Assembly (NCBI GenBank): GCA_017651565.1
Contig: JAGCCQ010000015.1
Span: 2,034 to 66,033 of the forward strand
DNA from: Bacilli bacterium
GTDB taxonomy: Bacteria > Bacillota_I > Bacilli_A > RFN20 > CAG-826
Direction of reading: 5' to 3'
DNA length: 64,000 nt
A model generated the notes under the pieces. The model was not told the DNA's origin and did not search any database. It saw nothing but the letters and a program-made list of their open reading frames with translations. A program made the position numbers and the translations under genes. Shown here in pieces: positions 1 to 10,509 of this stretch (its first letter is position 1; each line of letters opens with the position of its first letter).

Positions 1-800
1 TTATTTAACTCTTTAAGAATTCTTTTTACAATGTAAAGATTGTTGCGTTCGTTATGACCGCCTAAATTATAAATTTCTCCAACTCTTCCTTTTTCAAGAA
101 TAGCTAAAATGCCTCTACAATGATCTTCCACATATAGCCAATCTCTTACATTTAAGCCTTCTCCATAAACTGGAAGAGGTTCATCTTTTAAAGCTTTAGA
201 AATCATTAATGGAATCAATTTTTCAGGAAATTGATATGGTCCATAGTTATTTGAACATCTACTTATAGTTACTGGTAAATTATATGTCCTAAAATATGAA
301 AGAACTAATAAATCAGCAGATGCTTTTGATGTTGAATAAGGAGAGGAGGTATGAAGAGGAGTCTCCTCTGTAAAAAACAAATCAGGTCTATCTAATGGAA
401 GATCTCCATAAACTTCATCTGTAGAAACTTGATGAAATCTTTCGATTCCAAATTTTCTACAAGCGTCCATTAAAACAGAAGTACCAATTATATTGGTATT
501 TAAAAACGATTCTGGATCAAATATTGAACGGTCTACATGAGATTCCGCAGCGAAATTTACTACAATATTTGGGCATTCCTTTTCAAAAATATCAAATATA
601 GCTTCTCTATCTCTTATATCGACTTTATAGAATTTATAACGTTCATTTTTAAGTTCTTCATCAATTGTGTGAATATTTGCTGCATAAGTACAAACATCGA
701 CATTAATTACATTCCAATCAGGTCTTTCTGTAAGCAACAATTTACAAAAACAATTACCAATAAAACCTGTACCACCTGTAACTAAAACTGTTTTACTCAT
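1..800 (-). CDS. rfbB: dTDP-glucose 4,6-dehydratase, 3' end truncated by window start
   Basis: ATG at 798-800; translation MSKTVLVTGGTGFIGN...STDEVYGD...YSTSKASAD matches the extended-SDR RfbB Rossmann GxxGxxG and YxxxK motifs. The frame stays open through position 1. Confidence 0.85.
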   Translation of the reverse strand, partial: MSKTVLVTGGTGFIGNCFCKLLLTERPDWNVINVDVCTYAANIHTIDEELKNERYKFYKVDIRDREAIFDIFEKECPNIVVNFAAESHVDRSIFDPESFLNTNIIGTSVLMDACRKFGIERFHQVSTDEVYGDLPLDRPDLFFTEETPLHTSSPYSTSKASADLLVLSYFRTYNLPVTISRCSNNYGPYQFPEKLIPLMISKALKDEPLPVYGEGLNVRDWLYVEDHCRGILAILEKGRVGEIYNLGGHNERNNLYIVKRILKELN

Positions 801-826
801 AAATATTACCTCTTTTCTTAAAAAAG

Positions 827-1756
827 TTATTTCATTAACCCATTTCTCTTCAAAAAAGACTTTATTTGATCTTTTATAAATATAATTGGTCCACCAGTGT
901 ATTTTTTGTAAAAATCTTTTCTGATTTTTTTATCAATAAAAGGCTCACAAAACTCACACTTAAATTCTTTTTGTTCGTTTAAAACCGCTTCATAACGTTT
1001 TTCCGCATTTGAACCATGAGAACCACTTCCGTCATTACCCAAATTTTTAATATAAGAATATTTTGGATAAACTGTAAGTGCATCTTGCTTATAAGCTTCA
1101 TAACACCAAATTACTGCCCAAGAATTTATATTTGACCTCATTTGGTAGTCTAACATAGGTGGCAAGTCAGCTCCCCATTTAGAGAAATTATGTCTTTTTT
1201 TCCAATTGTGTTTAAAGCTCTTGTAAGAAGATACTTCCCAGTCAATGGTTTCCCATCTATCGTACCAAGAAGCCCATCCCCAGCTGCATCCTCTTCCTGC
1301 AAAATAAACATCGTTATTATATTTTGATAAAGAAGGTAAATTAGCTGTATAACCACTTATAGACCATATTTTCTTATTGTCTTTATAAAAATCTAAACCT
1401 GAATTCATATATTCTAAGAAAAAGTCAGTAGACTCTAAATCGTCCTCAACAACTATTGCTCTTCCATATTCTCTCATAACCTGAGTAACACCGTGGATAA
1501 CCGATTTTTTAAGGCCCATATTTTCTTCTGCTTTTGAAACAGTAGTTTCTTTGAAAAGTGAAATTTTTACGAATTCATCTACGTAGTTTCTTACGTCACA
1601 AACATTTTGCTTATCTTTTTCTTTTTTATAATTATCACAATAAATAAATAATTTCGTTTTAGGAGCTAATGCAGACTTATTCAAAGCCTCTAAAGTTGCC
1701 TTTAAATGATCTTTTCTAGCGTACGCAAAAACAATTACTGGAGCAAATTCTTCCAT
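827..1756 (-). CDS. GT-A glycosyltransferase, GNT-I (GT13)-like
   Basis: PVIVFAYARKDHL N-terminus and VVEDDLESTDFFLEYM motif resemble the GnT-I family EDDLEvapDFFeYf signature. Sits in the polysaccharide operon. Confidence 0.55.
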   Translation of the reverse strand: MEEFAPVIVFAYARKDHLKATLEALNKSALAPKTKLFIYCDNYKKEKDKQNVCDVRNYVDEFVKISLFKETTVSKAEENMGLKKSVIHGVTQVMREYGRAIVVEDDLESTDFFLEYMNSGLDFYKDNKKIWSISGYTANLPSLSKYNNDVYFAGRGCSWGWASWYDRWETIDWEVSSYKSFKHNWKKRHNFSKWGADLPPMLDYQMRSNINSWAVIWCYEAYKQDALTVYPKYSYIKNLGNDGSGSHGSNAEKRYEAVLNEQKEFKCEFCEPFIDKKIRKDFYKKYTGGPIIFIKDQIKSFLKRNGLMK

Positions 1757-1759
1757 AAG

Positions 1760-2665
1760 TTAATCCTTTTTATCAAAAATCGTGCTAAAGATTTCTCCTC
1801 TAGCAACTCTCTTAAGATGCTCTCCATAAGGAGATTTTCCATAAAGCTCCGCTGATTCTAATAATTTATCTTCGTCTATCCAGCCGTTTCTATATGCGAT
1901 TTCTTCAGGTGCAGAAATTTTAATGCCTTGTCTACGTTCCACTATTTGTACAAAGGAAGTAGCGTCAACTAAGCTATCCATTGTTCCTGTGTCCATCCAG
2001 GCAAAGCCTCTGCCTAGTAATTTAACACTCAATTTATTTTGCTCTAAATAAAGATTGTTTAATGATGTAATTTCCAATTCGCCTCTTGGGGATGGTCTGA
2101 CTTCTTTTGCAAGTTTTGAAACTCCCTTAGGATAAAAATATAAACCAGTTATGCAATAATTACTTTTTGGATTTTTTGGTTTTTCCTCAACAGAAATAAC
2201 TTTCCCATTTTTATCAAATTCAACAATTCCAAACCTTTCTGGATCGTTGACAAAATATCCCCAAATAGTAGCAATACCATTATCAGCGTTGCTAGCAGCT
2301 TCTTTTAACATCGATGAGAAACCTTCACCATAGAAAATATTATCTCCTAAAACCATCGCGCATGTATCGTCTCCGATAAATTCCTCGCCAATTAAAAAAG
2401 CTTGCGCTAAGCCATCTGGAGAAGGTTGAACTTTATATTGTAAAGATATACCAAATTGTGAACCATCTCCTAATAACTGTTCAAATCTGCCTATATCAGT
2501 TGGTGTCGAAATAACTAAAATATCCTTAATACCAGCAAGCATTAAGGTTGATAAAGGGTAATAAATCATAGGTTTATCGTAAATAGGAAGTAACTGTTTG
2601 GAAGTAACTTTTGTTAAAGGATACAATCTAGTGCCACTGCCCCCTGCTAAAATAATGCCTTTCAT
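1760..2665 (-). CDS. rfbA: glucose-1-phosphate thymidylyltransferase
   Basis: [19 protein letters not shown]-terminus, 301 aa, typical RmlA/RfbA. Confidence 0.9.
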   Translation of the reverse strand: MKGIILAGGSGTRLYPLTKVTSKQLLPIYDKPMIYYPLSTLMLAGIKDILVISTPTDIGRFEQLLGDGSQFGISLQYKVQPSPDGLAQAFLIGEEFIGDDTCAMVLGDNIFYGEGFSSMLKEAASNADNGIATIWGYFVNDPERFGIVEFDKNGKVISVEEKPKNPKSNYCITGLYFYPKGVSKLAKEVRPSPRGELEITSLNNLYLEQNKLSVKLLGRGFAWMDTGTMDSLVDATSFVQIVERRQGIKISAPEEIAYRNGWIDEDKLLESAELYGKSPYGEHLKRVARGEIFSTIFDKKD

Positions 2666-3078
2666 ATTTTTTCCTCCATTATCGATAAATATTCATTAAA
2701 GTCTTTAATATATTCATCCTTGTTATAGTAAGTATTTGCTAGTACTAATAAAACTGAGTCTTTTGAAAAATCATACATATCTTTCCAAACCATTCTTGGA
2801 ATATATAGACCTTTATTTGGTTTATCTAAATATACAATTCTCTCGTTTTTTCCATTTTTTAATTTGATAGCGCATTTTCCAGAAACATTAATTAAAACAA
2901 ACTCAGAATCGCGATTTGCGTGTTGTCCTCTAATAGCATCCGAATTAGAACCATAAATATAAAAGATTCTTTTTATGTCAAAAGGAATATTTTTATTTCC
3001 TTCAATAGCAATCAATTTTCCGTTTTGATCACCAGATTCGCGAAAATTAATAATTTCACATTTTTCTAATAAACTCAT
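2662..3078 (-). CDS. fdtA: dTDP-4-dehydro-6-deoxyglucose 3,4-ketoisomerase (FdtA/WxcM-like cupin)
   Basis: About 138 aa cupin. It overlaps rfbA by 4 nt and precedes a DegT aminotransferase, the classic Fuc3N/Qui3N pathway arrangement. Confidence 0.6.
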   Translation of the reverse strand: MSLLEKCEIINFRESGDQNGKLIAIEGNKNIPFDIKRIFYIYGSNSDAIRGQHANRDSEFVLINVSGKCAIKLKNGKNERIVYLDKPNKGLYIPRMVWKDMYDFSKDSVLLVLANTYYNKDEYIKDFNEYLSIMEEKI

Positions 3079-3087
3079 AACAAACCC

Positions 3088-4182
3088 TTATTCAAAATCA
3101 TTGATAGCATTTATAACAATTGTTTGCTCTTCATAAGTCATGCCATTATACATTGGCAAGCTAAGCACTTCGTTAGCATACTTTTCAGTAATAGGAAGAT
3201 CGCCTTTCTTTAATCCTAAATATTCATAAGCTTTGCTTAAATGTGGAGGAATTGGATAATGAATAATTGTTCCAATATCCCTTTCCTTTAAATATTTGAT
3301 AAGATCGTCTCTTCTATTAGGAACGTGGACAACAAATTGATGCCATGTCGAATCTGCTCCTGGTCTTATTTTTGGTAACACAATAAGTGGATTTTTTATT
3401 TCTATGAAATAACGGTCTGCTAATTTGCATCTCTCACTATTTAATTCATCCAAGTGAGTTAACTTAACTCTTAACAATCCAGCTTGTAATTCATCTAATC
3501 TACTATTTGTTCCGACAACTTCGTTTTCATAGCGAACTCTAGACCCATAATTTCTATACACTCTAAATTTATCTGCTAAATCTTCATTATCAGTTACGAT
3601 ACAACCGCCATCACCGAATGCGCCGCATCCTTTGCTTGGATAAAAAGAAAAGCATCCGATATCACCGAAAGTACCAACTCGTTTTCCGTCCCAATGGTTG
3701 CCGTGGCTTTGAGCACAATCCTCAACAACCTTTAAGTTATATTTTTTTGCTAATGACATTATTTTTGTCATATCACAAGCAGTACCATATAAATGAACCG
3801 CTAATATTGCTTTAGTTTTTTTAGTGATTTTCTCTTCAATTTTATTGGCGTCCATATTGTCGTATTCATCTGGTTCTACAAAGATAGGAGTTGCACCATT
3901 CATTGTTATACCCATAACACAAGCGATATAAGCGTTTCCACAAACGATAACTTCGTCGCCATCATGTATATCTAAAATTCTAAAGCTCATCCATAAAGCA
4001 TCTAAGCCACTAGCTAAGCCAACGCAATATTTTGAACCAATATAATTTGCCCATTCTTTCTCAAATTCTTTTACTTCATTTCCGAGTATATACCATCCAG
4101 AACGCAAAACTTCTAAGGCTTTACTCTCGTATTCGGAAGCATATAAGTCAAATTGTCTTTTTAAATTATTTGCCATTATCAT
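3088..4182 (-). CDS. fdtB: DegT/DnrJ/EryC1 family PLP-dependent sugar aminotransferase (FdtB-like)
   Basis: 364 aa; conserved DegT fold motifs. Confidence 0.8.
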   Translation of the reverse strand: MIMANNLKRQFDLYASEYESKALEVLRSGWYILGNEVKEFEKEWANYIGSKYCVGLASGLDALWMSFRILDIHDGDEVIVCGNAYIACVMGITMNGATPIFVEPDEYDNMDANKIEEKITKKTKAILAVHLYGTACDMTKIMSLAKKYNLKVVEDCAQSHGNHWDGKRVGTFGDIGCFSFYPSKGCGAFGDGGCIVTDNEDLADKFRVYRNYGSRVRYENEVVGTNSRLDELQAGLLRVKLTHLDELNSERCKLADRYFIEIKNPLIVLPKIRPGADSTWHQFVVHVPNRRDDLIKYLKERDIGTIIHYPIPPHLSKAYEYLGLKKGDLPITEKYANEVLSLPMYNGMTYEEQTIVINAINDFE

Positions 4183-4194
4183 AACTAAATCTCC

Positions 4195-5241
4195 TTAAAT
4201 ATTACGTATGTCTATGTAGGCTTTTTTATATCTTGTTTTATTAAGAATTGATAATTTAATTCTATGAAATATTAAAGGTGTTGAACTAAAAGGATGTCTT
4301 AAAATTCGTTTAAAATATTCTTTTTTAGAAACACGATTATCCGAAATATATTCTTTAATCAAAGGTAAAAAATTATATTTATTTTCAAAGAAACATTTTT
4401 TCTCTTCGATTTTTCTAAAATATGGATAATATATTTTTTCAATTAAATCTTTATCAATTTTGCAATATGAGAGTAAAGGTATAATTGAATAAGTATATCT
4501 ATCTTTGTTAGTAACGTTTTGAAAATGATAAAAAATAGGTTTAAAGCGTTCTTTGCTCTTTCTATCCTTAAGTTGTTCAAAATTACTATCAACCATTTTG
4601 AATTGTTGAATATTCCAAGGAGCTAAACCAGCTCCCTTTTCTTTTGTGACATTAACAAAATCATATTTGTCCCAATCATTTAAGTACATTTGATCTCCAC
4701 CACAATCAACAGAGCACTCGTTCAAGCATGAAGAAATCCATTTTTTCAATAAATCAATGCTTCTTTTCTCATTACAAAAAGTATTAAATTCAACGCAGAT
4801 TTTGCCACTAAGCTTTTCTTGTCTTCTTCCTTCACGATTCTTTGGGAAATTATGTCTAACAACCTGCACTGTACAGTTATTATCAAGCATTTCTTTTATT
4901 AATATAGTTGGGTCAGAAAGGAATAATAAATCAGCATCGATATAAGTACAAATTTCTTCTTTGTAAAAACTCAGAACATAATAAATTAGTTTAGCTGTGC
5001 AAGTCCAACAAAATTCCCCTCTAGATCTGGACTCTTTTACCTTCTTTAAATCTTCATCTTCAAAATCCTTAAGCGAAATAAGCGAAACATTATTTATTTG
5101 TAAATCATTAAGAATTTCAAAGGCTCTATCATCCATGCACAAAACATAAATTTTTGCAGTAGAATCACATTCAAAAAGAGACTCAATTGTTACCAAAGCC
5201 TTATCTAAATAATTTGAATCAAACAACGTACAATAAATCAT
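4195..5241 (-). CDS. putative GT-A glycosyltransferase (DXD motif, family uncertain)
   Basis: IDADLLFLSDP DXD-like motif; in-operon position. Confidence 0.4.
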   Translation of the reverse strand: MIYCTLFDSNYLDKALVTIESLFECDSTAKIYVLCMDDRAFEILNDLQINNVSLISLKDFEDEDLKKVKESRSRGEFCWTCTAKLIYYVLSFYKEEICTYIDADLLFLSDPTILIKEMLDNNCTVQVVRHNFPKNREGRRQEKLSGKICVEFNTFCNEKRSIDLLKKWISSCLNECSVDCGGDQMYLNDWDKYDFVNVTKEKGAGLAPWNIQQFKMVDSNFEQLKDRKSKERFKPIFYHFQNVTNKDRYTYSIIPLLSYCKIDKDLIEKIYYPYFRKIEEKKCFFENKYNFLPLIKEYISDNRVSKKEYFKRILRHPFSSTPLIFHRIKLSILNKTRYKKAYIDIRNI

Positions 5242-5245
5242 AAAT

Positions 5246-6373
5246 TTATTTATCTTTTTCTTTCTCAGATACTTTTTCTATAACATTTATCCACTTTTTT
5301 TGCCAAGTATCTTTCGAAAATCCACTCTTTACAGTTTCAAAAGCATTTTTTGAGAGTCTAGTTCTTAATTCCCTATCTTTTACTAATCTTTCTAAACACT
5401 CAAATAAAGAATCCGCACTAATGTCACAAATTAAGCCGTTATATCCATCAATAACTATATTAGTTAAACCACCAACATTTGATGATACAACAGCACAACC
5501 GGTACCCATTGCTTCAAGAAGCGATAAAGAGGTGCCTTCAGAACCAATCGAAGCAACAACAGCAATATCGTGTTTTAAGTGAACTAAATGAGATTCACCA
5601 TAGCCATATTTAATAAACGAAACATTTTTATCACCGCTAAACATATCCTTAAGGTAATTTTCATCAGGGCCACCGCCTGCGAAAGTAACCTCTACATTAG
5701 GGTATAATCCAATTAATTTTTTAATACTTTCAGCAAAAATACGAGTTCCACGATATTTTTCGAATCTTCTAGCAAATAGAATTCTTACCTTTTCATTATC
5801 TAATGTCCCAATACGCTCATAAAACGAAGCATAATTTGGAATAACATTTATATCTACTCTCCTATAATATTGTTGTGTTTTGTACCAGTTAAGAAAGTTG
5901 TAATCGACAGCAACACAATAGTTACATTTATTTACATTTTTCAAATCTGAATGGCTTCTATAATTTCTAAAAAGGAATTCAATAAGCGAACTTGATTTTG
6001 GACTTTCGGTTGGTATATCCCAATATATTCCATGTTGAATTGAAATGGTTTTCTTATGATTTATTTTGCAGTTCAATGTATGCGTCATAAAAACTACAAA
6101 ATCATCTTTTTTGACTTCTGAATCAACAAATTTCCTGATAATTTTATTATAAAATTTAATATTGCCTATTTTTGATTTTAATACTCTTATTTGATAACCA
6201 TTCCAATCTATAGATGTGTTTTCTAAACCTTCTTGAATTATAACAACGTCGTAGCCTAATTTAGAAAAAACACTAGCTAGATCGCAAATATAGGTTTGAA
6301 TTCCACCTATCGTTGGTTCTGCTTTTTCTACATCAAAGAAAAGATTATAAATGAGAAATGCCTTATTTTTCAT
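5246..6373 (-). CDS. glycosyltransferase family 4 (GT-B)
   Basis: C-terminal EX7E-like region; VSSNVGGLTNIV; 375 aa. Confidence 0.7.
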   Translation of the reverse strand: MKNKAFLIYNLFFDVEKAEPTIGGIQTYICDLASVFSKLGYDVVIIQEGLENTSIDWNGYQIRVLKSKIGNIKFYNKIIRKFVDSEVKKDDFVVFMTHTLNCKINHKKTISIQHGIYWDIPTESPKSSSLIEFLFRNYRSHSDLKNVNKCNYCVAVDYNFLNWYKTQQYYRRVDINVIPNYASFYERIGTLDNEKVRILFARRFEKYRGTRIFAESIKKLIGLYPNVEVTFAGGGPDENYLKDMFSGDKNVSFIKYGYGESHLVHLKHDIAVVASIGSEGTSLSLLEAMGTGCAVVSSNVGGLTNIVIDGYNGLICDISADSLFECLERLVKDRELRTRLSKNAFETVKSGFSKDTWQKKWINVIEKVSEKEKDK

Positions 6374-7634
6374 AACTTAATTCCGTTCTACAAATATTCT
6401 CATCGCTTAAAGGCTTAACATTGTTTTCTGTTCTGTTATGTCTAAAAACAATTAATAAACCAAATAACGCGAAAAACCAAATATTAACCAAATATGTATC
6501 AGATACCATCAATTGGAAAAAGCCATAAGTTAATGCAATCAAAAACATATTTCTAACCCAAAGTTCCAATCTCTTACAGCCAATAAAGAGATGAAGAATA
6601 CCAAAAAATAACGCCAAAATAATTGCGGTTCCAAATATATAACCAAACGAACATAAAAGTTCTACAAATAAATTATGCGAATATCCATTAACAATTGGTC
6701 TATCTCCCCATAAACCATATCCTAAAACAGGTGATTTCTTTAACGCATCAAACACCTTTCCCCATAATTTAAATCTATCGCTTCCGTTAATAAACGATGA
6801 ATCCATTAATTTTTCAAGGGTTCTTGAATGAATATCTCTAGCCGATAAGAATAAATAGATGCTATGAATAATCGATTTGAAATTAATGATAATAATTAAT
6901 CCCACTATCGAAACAAGAATTATTATAAACACTTTTTTAGAGAATGAAATCGATCTTGAAGTAACAAATAAAGCAGCAAAAAAGCCCGCTAAACAAACAA
7001 GACATCCACGCGCGCCTGCAACAAAAATAATAACGCAACTTAAAAGTCCTAATAGTTTATCAAAGATTGTTTTCCATTTTGAGTCGCTTTTACTTAAAAT
7101 ACAGGCACAAGTAGCCACGAGGGCATTATACGAGAACGACATATAAGTTCCGCCAGGAGATGAGGTTGCAAAATCAAATACAACATAAGCAACCAAAAAT
7201 ATAATTAAAATAATCCTGCTATAAAAGATAATGTAAGCAAAAAGCTTTTTATAATCTACGTTGCATCCGAGGACAAAAAACAACGTTGGAAGGCAGAAAA
7301 AGAATAAAAATAGAGCAGGACTATATGCAATTTTTTCGAAAGAAATATAAATTAAAGAAACGTAGTCTTTATTCAAAAGAGAGAAAAACACTGTTCCCAA
7401 AACAAATAATATAGTTATCAATATACTCAGCACATCACCACGTGTGCACACTTTGTAATATGAGAAAACTCCAATCAACATTGCGAGTCCATAAAAAACA
7501 ATAGAAACGCTAACTGGAATCTTAAAACAATTTTGAATTAAAACATTCAAGAAATATGACAAAAACGAAAACATTAGCAAGAATGCTAAGCAATGCGTTT
7601 CTAAAATTTTACTTTTTTCTTTTCTAGTAATCAT
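6363..7634 (-). CDS. Wzy-type polysaccharide polymerase-like polytopic membrane protein
   Basis: About 10-12 predicted TM helices with a large loop; in-operon. Confidence 0.45.
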   Translation of the reverse strand: MITRKEKSKILETHCLAFLLMFSFLSYFLNVLIQNCFKIPVSVSIVFYGLAMLIGVFSYYKVCTRGDVLSILITILFVLGTVFFSLLNKDYVSLIYISFEKIAYSPALFLFFFCLPTLFFVLGCNVDYKKLFAYIIFYSRIILIIFLVAYVVFDFATSSPGGTYMSFSYNALVATCACILSKSDSKWKTIFDKLLGLLSCVIIFVAGARGCLVCLAGFFAALFVTSRSISFSKKVFIIILVSIVGLIIIINFKSIIHSIYLFLSARDIHSRTLEKLMDSSFINGSDRFKLWGKVFDALKKSPVLGYGLWGDRPIVNGYSHNLFVELLCSFGYIFGTAIILALFFGILHLFIGCKRLELWVRNMFLIALTYGFFQLMVSDTYLVNIWFFALFGLLIVFRHNRTENNVKPLSDENICRTELSYEK

Positions 7635-7643
7635 TTTATGTAA

Positions 7644-8906
7644 CTATTTCTTCTCATCTATTAAACACAGCAAAAAATCTCTGAGTCTTAAAGAATTATT
7701 CTTTGATATATGATTCTTTTCAAATAGAGAGACTCCTGCTTTAGCAGTGTTTTTAATTAACTCTTTATCTTTAACAATTGAACTCAAAATTTCTTTTAAT
7801 TCATCCTCGTTCGTAGCAACAAGAGCTCCATTATTATTTTTTAAATAATCGATAGAAGCTACTTCTGATGGCCCATAACAAAAAAGGCAACGATTAGATG
7901 CGAGGCAATCAGCAATTTTGGTCGAAAGAGAATAACGACAAGCATTTATATTTTTTTCCGAAAAATCTTCAACGTGAACAAGAATATCACTTGTTTCCAT
8001 AATGTTTAAAACCTTCTCGTAGGAAACTTTGCCTAAAAATTGTAAGCCGTTGCCGGATTTAATCTTATCCAGCAAGCATTGTCTTTGCTCACCCGAGTAA
8101 ACCGAAAGCTGAATAGGGAGATTAAATTCATTAATAATAGAACCAATTTTAAGCAATGATTCACATCTGCCAAGACCTATATTTCCTAAGTAAGACATTT
8201 TGATTGGATTAGAAACTTCTTTAGATGCAAAAGAAGTTAAAAAAGAAGAATTAAATAGAACATCAAATTCCTTTTTAAACACTTTTTTGTATGCATCCGC
8301 CATTTTAGGAGTAATACAAATATTTTTTGAATCTAAAATATTCTTTTTCGCTATTCTCTTAAATCTTGTTTTATTAATAAACGAAAATAATCCTTTTTGG
8401 CCATTGCTTAAACTTAAATAAAAATCATCTACCCAATAAATAAGCATTGGGATTTTCAAATATTTTTTGACCCAATGAGCTATTTTGTGACAAAAAACAC
8501 TATCACTTCCATAGAAAAAAATCACATTAGGTTTTTGCTCAGTTAACCATTCTTTTAGTTTTTTTGATTTCCAAGTATTAAATCCCCAAGCAACATCTCT
8601 TAAAAATCTTGTAAAAGGCTTTTTATCGCAATGTTTAATATACTTTGAAGTATCGTCGTGCCTTTTTTCATTAGAAGGATTAACAACATTACCTGCTTTT
8701 TTGAAATATGCTAGAGAATGCCTAATATCGAAATCGGTTATCTCATAAAAACTATTGCAAAAAGGAGCATCTATCTCGCCATCGTGGAAAAATAAATGTG
8801 AAACGCTTTCGGCATCAACATCACTTAGAAGATTTCTGAGCGTTCTGCCATTATTTTCGCTTAAATTCATTGGGTTATGGTTAATTAGAAGAATTCGCAA
8901 TCCCAT
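7644..8906 (-). CDS. GT-B glycosyltransferase (GT4-like)
   Basis: 420 aa; C-terminal GT-B-like region; in-operon. Confidence 0.5.
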   Translation of the reverse strand: MGLRILLINHNPMNLSENNGRTLRNLLSDVDAESVSHLFFHDGEIDAPFCNSFYEITDFDIRHSLAYFKKAGNVVNPSNEKRHDDTSKYIKHCDKKPFTRFLRDVAWGFNTWKSKKLKEWLTEQKPNVIFFYGSDSVFCHKIAHWVKKYLKIPMLIYWVDDFYLSLSNGQKGLFSFINKTRFKRIAKKNILDSKNICITPKMADAYKKVFKKEFDVLFNSSFLTSFASKEVSNPIKMSYLGNIGLGRCESLLKIGSIINEFNLPIQLSVYSGEQRQCLLDKIKSGNGLQFLGKVSYEKVLNIMETSDILVHVEDFSEKNINACRYSLSTKIADCLASNRCLFCYGPSEVASIDYLKNNNGALVATNEDELKEILSSIVKDKELIKNTAKAGVSLFEKNHISKNNSLRLRDFLLCLIDEKK

Positions 8907-8908
8907 AA

Positions 8909-9745
8909 TTATTTCTTTTTATTGCTCCTTGCTAATTTTCTAAAGACAAATCCTCTAATAGAATTAGGTAAAAGTCTTTGTACAATAAATCTTTTTGTAA
9001 CATTTGAGAAATAAGTGAATCTTCCAATAATTTTATTCTTAAGCATAAACTTTTGTAGTTTCTTTTCACTTCTAAAATATTCTTTCCCACCACGTCTGCC
9101 GTACATTTCTTTGCCAATACGGACATTGACTAATGTTTCATCTATATTTGCAAAATTAGCTTTATTTAAAAACATTCTTATCCAAAGATAATAATCTTCA
9201 TCACAAAACCAGTGCAAATATCCACCTGCTTTTAGCATAGATTCTTTTTTCATCATTATAGTTACATGATTCATTGGACATCTCTTTTTTAAATATTTTT
9301 TGATGTCAGAATCAGTTGTAGGAACATTACGATACGCAACAACATTATCTTCGCTATCAATAAATTCAGATATGTTGCCACCAACTACATCAACGTCAGG
9401 ATTTTTTTCTAAAAAAGATAAAAGCTTTTCAAATCTTTCAGGTGAGGAAACATCATCAGCATCCATCTTTGCAATTAAATCATAAGAGCAGTTTTCTGAC
9501 GAAAGTTTTAAAGCTCCACCATGGCCAACGTTTTCTTTTAATCGAATTATCTTGAATTCTTTTCTTTTAGAATATTTTTCAACAACTTTATTTACTTCTT
9601 CAGATATTGGACCATCAACAACCAAAACAACTTCATTTGGTTTTACAGTTTGTTTATCAGTAATGCTTTCTAATGCTCTATCAACAAAAGCAGCATCATC
9701 ATTTTTATATACAGAAGTATAAACAGAAAAAGGTTGATGTTGCAT
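8909..9745 (-). CDS. glycosyltransferase family 2
   Basis: N-terminal GT2 fold with a DxD motif (KMDADDV). Confidence 0.75.
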   Translation of the reverse strand: MQHQPFSVYTSVYKNDDAAFVDRALESITDKQTVKPNEVVLVVDGPISEEVNKVVEKYSKRKEFKIIRLKENVGHGGALKLSSENCSYDLIAKMDADDVSSPERFEKLLSFLEKNPDVDVVGGNISEFIDSEDNVVAYRNVPTTDSDIKKYLKKRCPMNHVTIMMKKESMLKAGGYLHWFCDEDYYLWIRMFLNKANFANIDETLVNVRIGKEMYGRRGGKEYFRSEKKLQKFMLKNKIIGRFTYFSNVTKRFIVQRLLPNSIRGFVFRKLARSNKKK

Positions 9746-10509
9746 TAGTTGACCTCCAAAATTGCTTTTGCTTCATTTATTTTTTGTTCGTATTCGTTCT
9801 GATCAATCTTGCCTTCGTTTAGGAGGAAGTCACCATAATCAATATCGCTTACAGTTCCTTCTCTTTCTATATCGCTTCTCTTAAAAACCTTTACAAAAGT
9901 TTTCAATATTATGCCGATGTCACTAAAAAAACTAATATGATTAACATATTTCAAATCATATTCAAATTTTTGTTCCCAACTAATATTATTTCTACCGTTA
10001 ACTTGAGCAAGTCCAGATAAGCCAGGTCTTACATTGTGTCTATTTCTTTGCTCTAATGTCATAAAAACCATATCTTTAACCAATTGAGGTCTTGGACCGA
10101 TAATGCTCATATTTCCAATGAAAATATTAAATAATTCAGGAAGCTCGTCTAAACTTGTTGATCTTAAGAACTTCCCATAAGAAGATAATCTTTGGTCATC
10201 AGGAAGCAAATTCCCATTTTCATCTTTTTTGTTAGACATTGTTCTAAATTTAATGAGTTTAAAAACAACTTCTGTTTTATCTTTTTTCTTCTTGCCAGGT
10301 CTTTTCTGCACAAAAAAAGGATTACCTTTCATAGCAATTGCCCCAATGATAATTAAAAGGAGCAAAACCGGAGATAAAACCAAGATAGCTATAAAGGATA
10401 ATAAAATATCCCAAAATCTCTTGAAGAAGCTTTTGTAAAAAATGATAGAAAATGTCATTAAAACAATAAAACTTCCAGCTACTATAAGAAGTATTTGCCA
10501 CCAAAGCAT
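9745..10509 (-). CDS. undecaprenyl-phosphate sugar phosphotransferase (PglC/WbaP C-domain type initiating transferase)
   Basis: N-terminal TM; PGLSGLAQVNGRN signature of bacterial sugar transferases. Confidence 0.85.
   Translation of the reverse strand: MLWWQILLIVAGSFIVLMTFSIIFYKSFFKRFWDILLSFIAILVLSPVLLLLIIIGAIAMKGNPFFVQKRPGKKKKDKTEVVFKLIKFRTMSNKKDENGNLLPDDQRLSSYGKFLRSTSLDELPELFNIFIGNMSIIGPRPQLVKDMVFMTLEQRNRHNVRPGLSGLAQVNGRNNISWEQKFEYDLKYVNHISFFSDIGIILKTFVKVFKRSDIEREGTVSDIDYGDFLLNEGKIDQNEYEQKINEAKAILEVN

Noticed and set aside
537-785. + strand 82-aa ORF at the window start
   Set aside because: Antisense to the well-supported rfbB coding frame.
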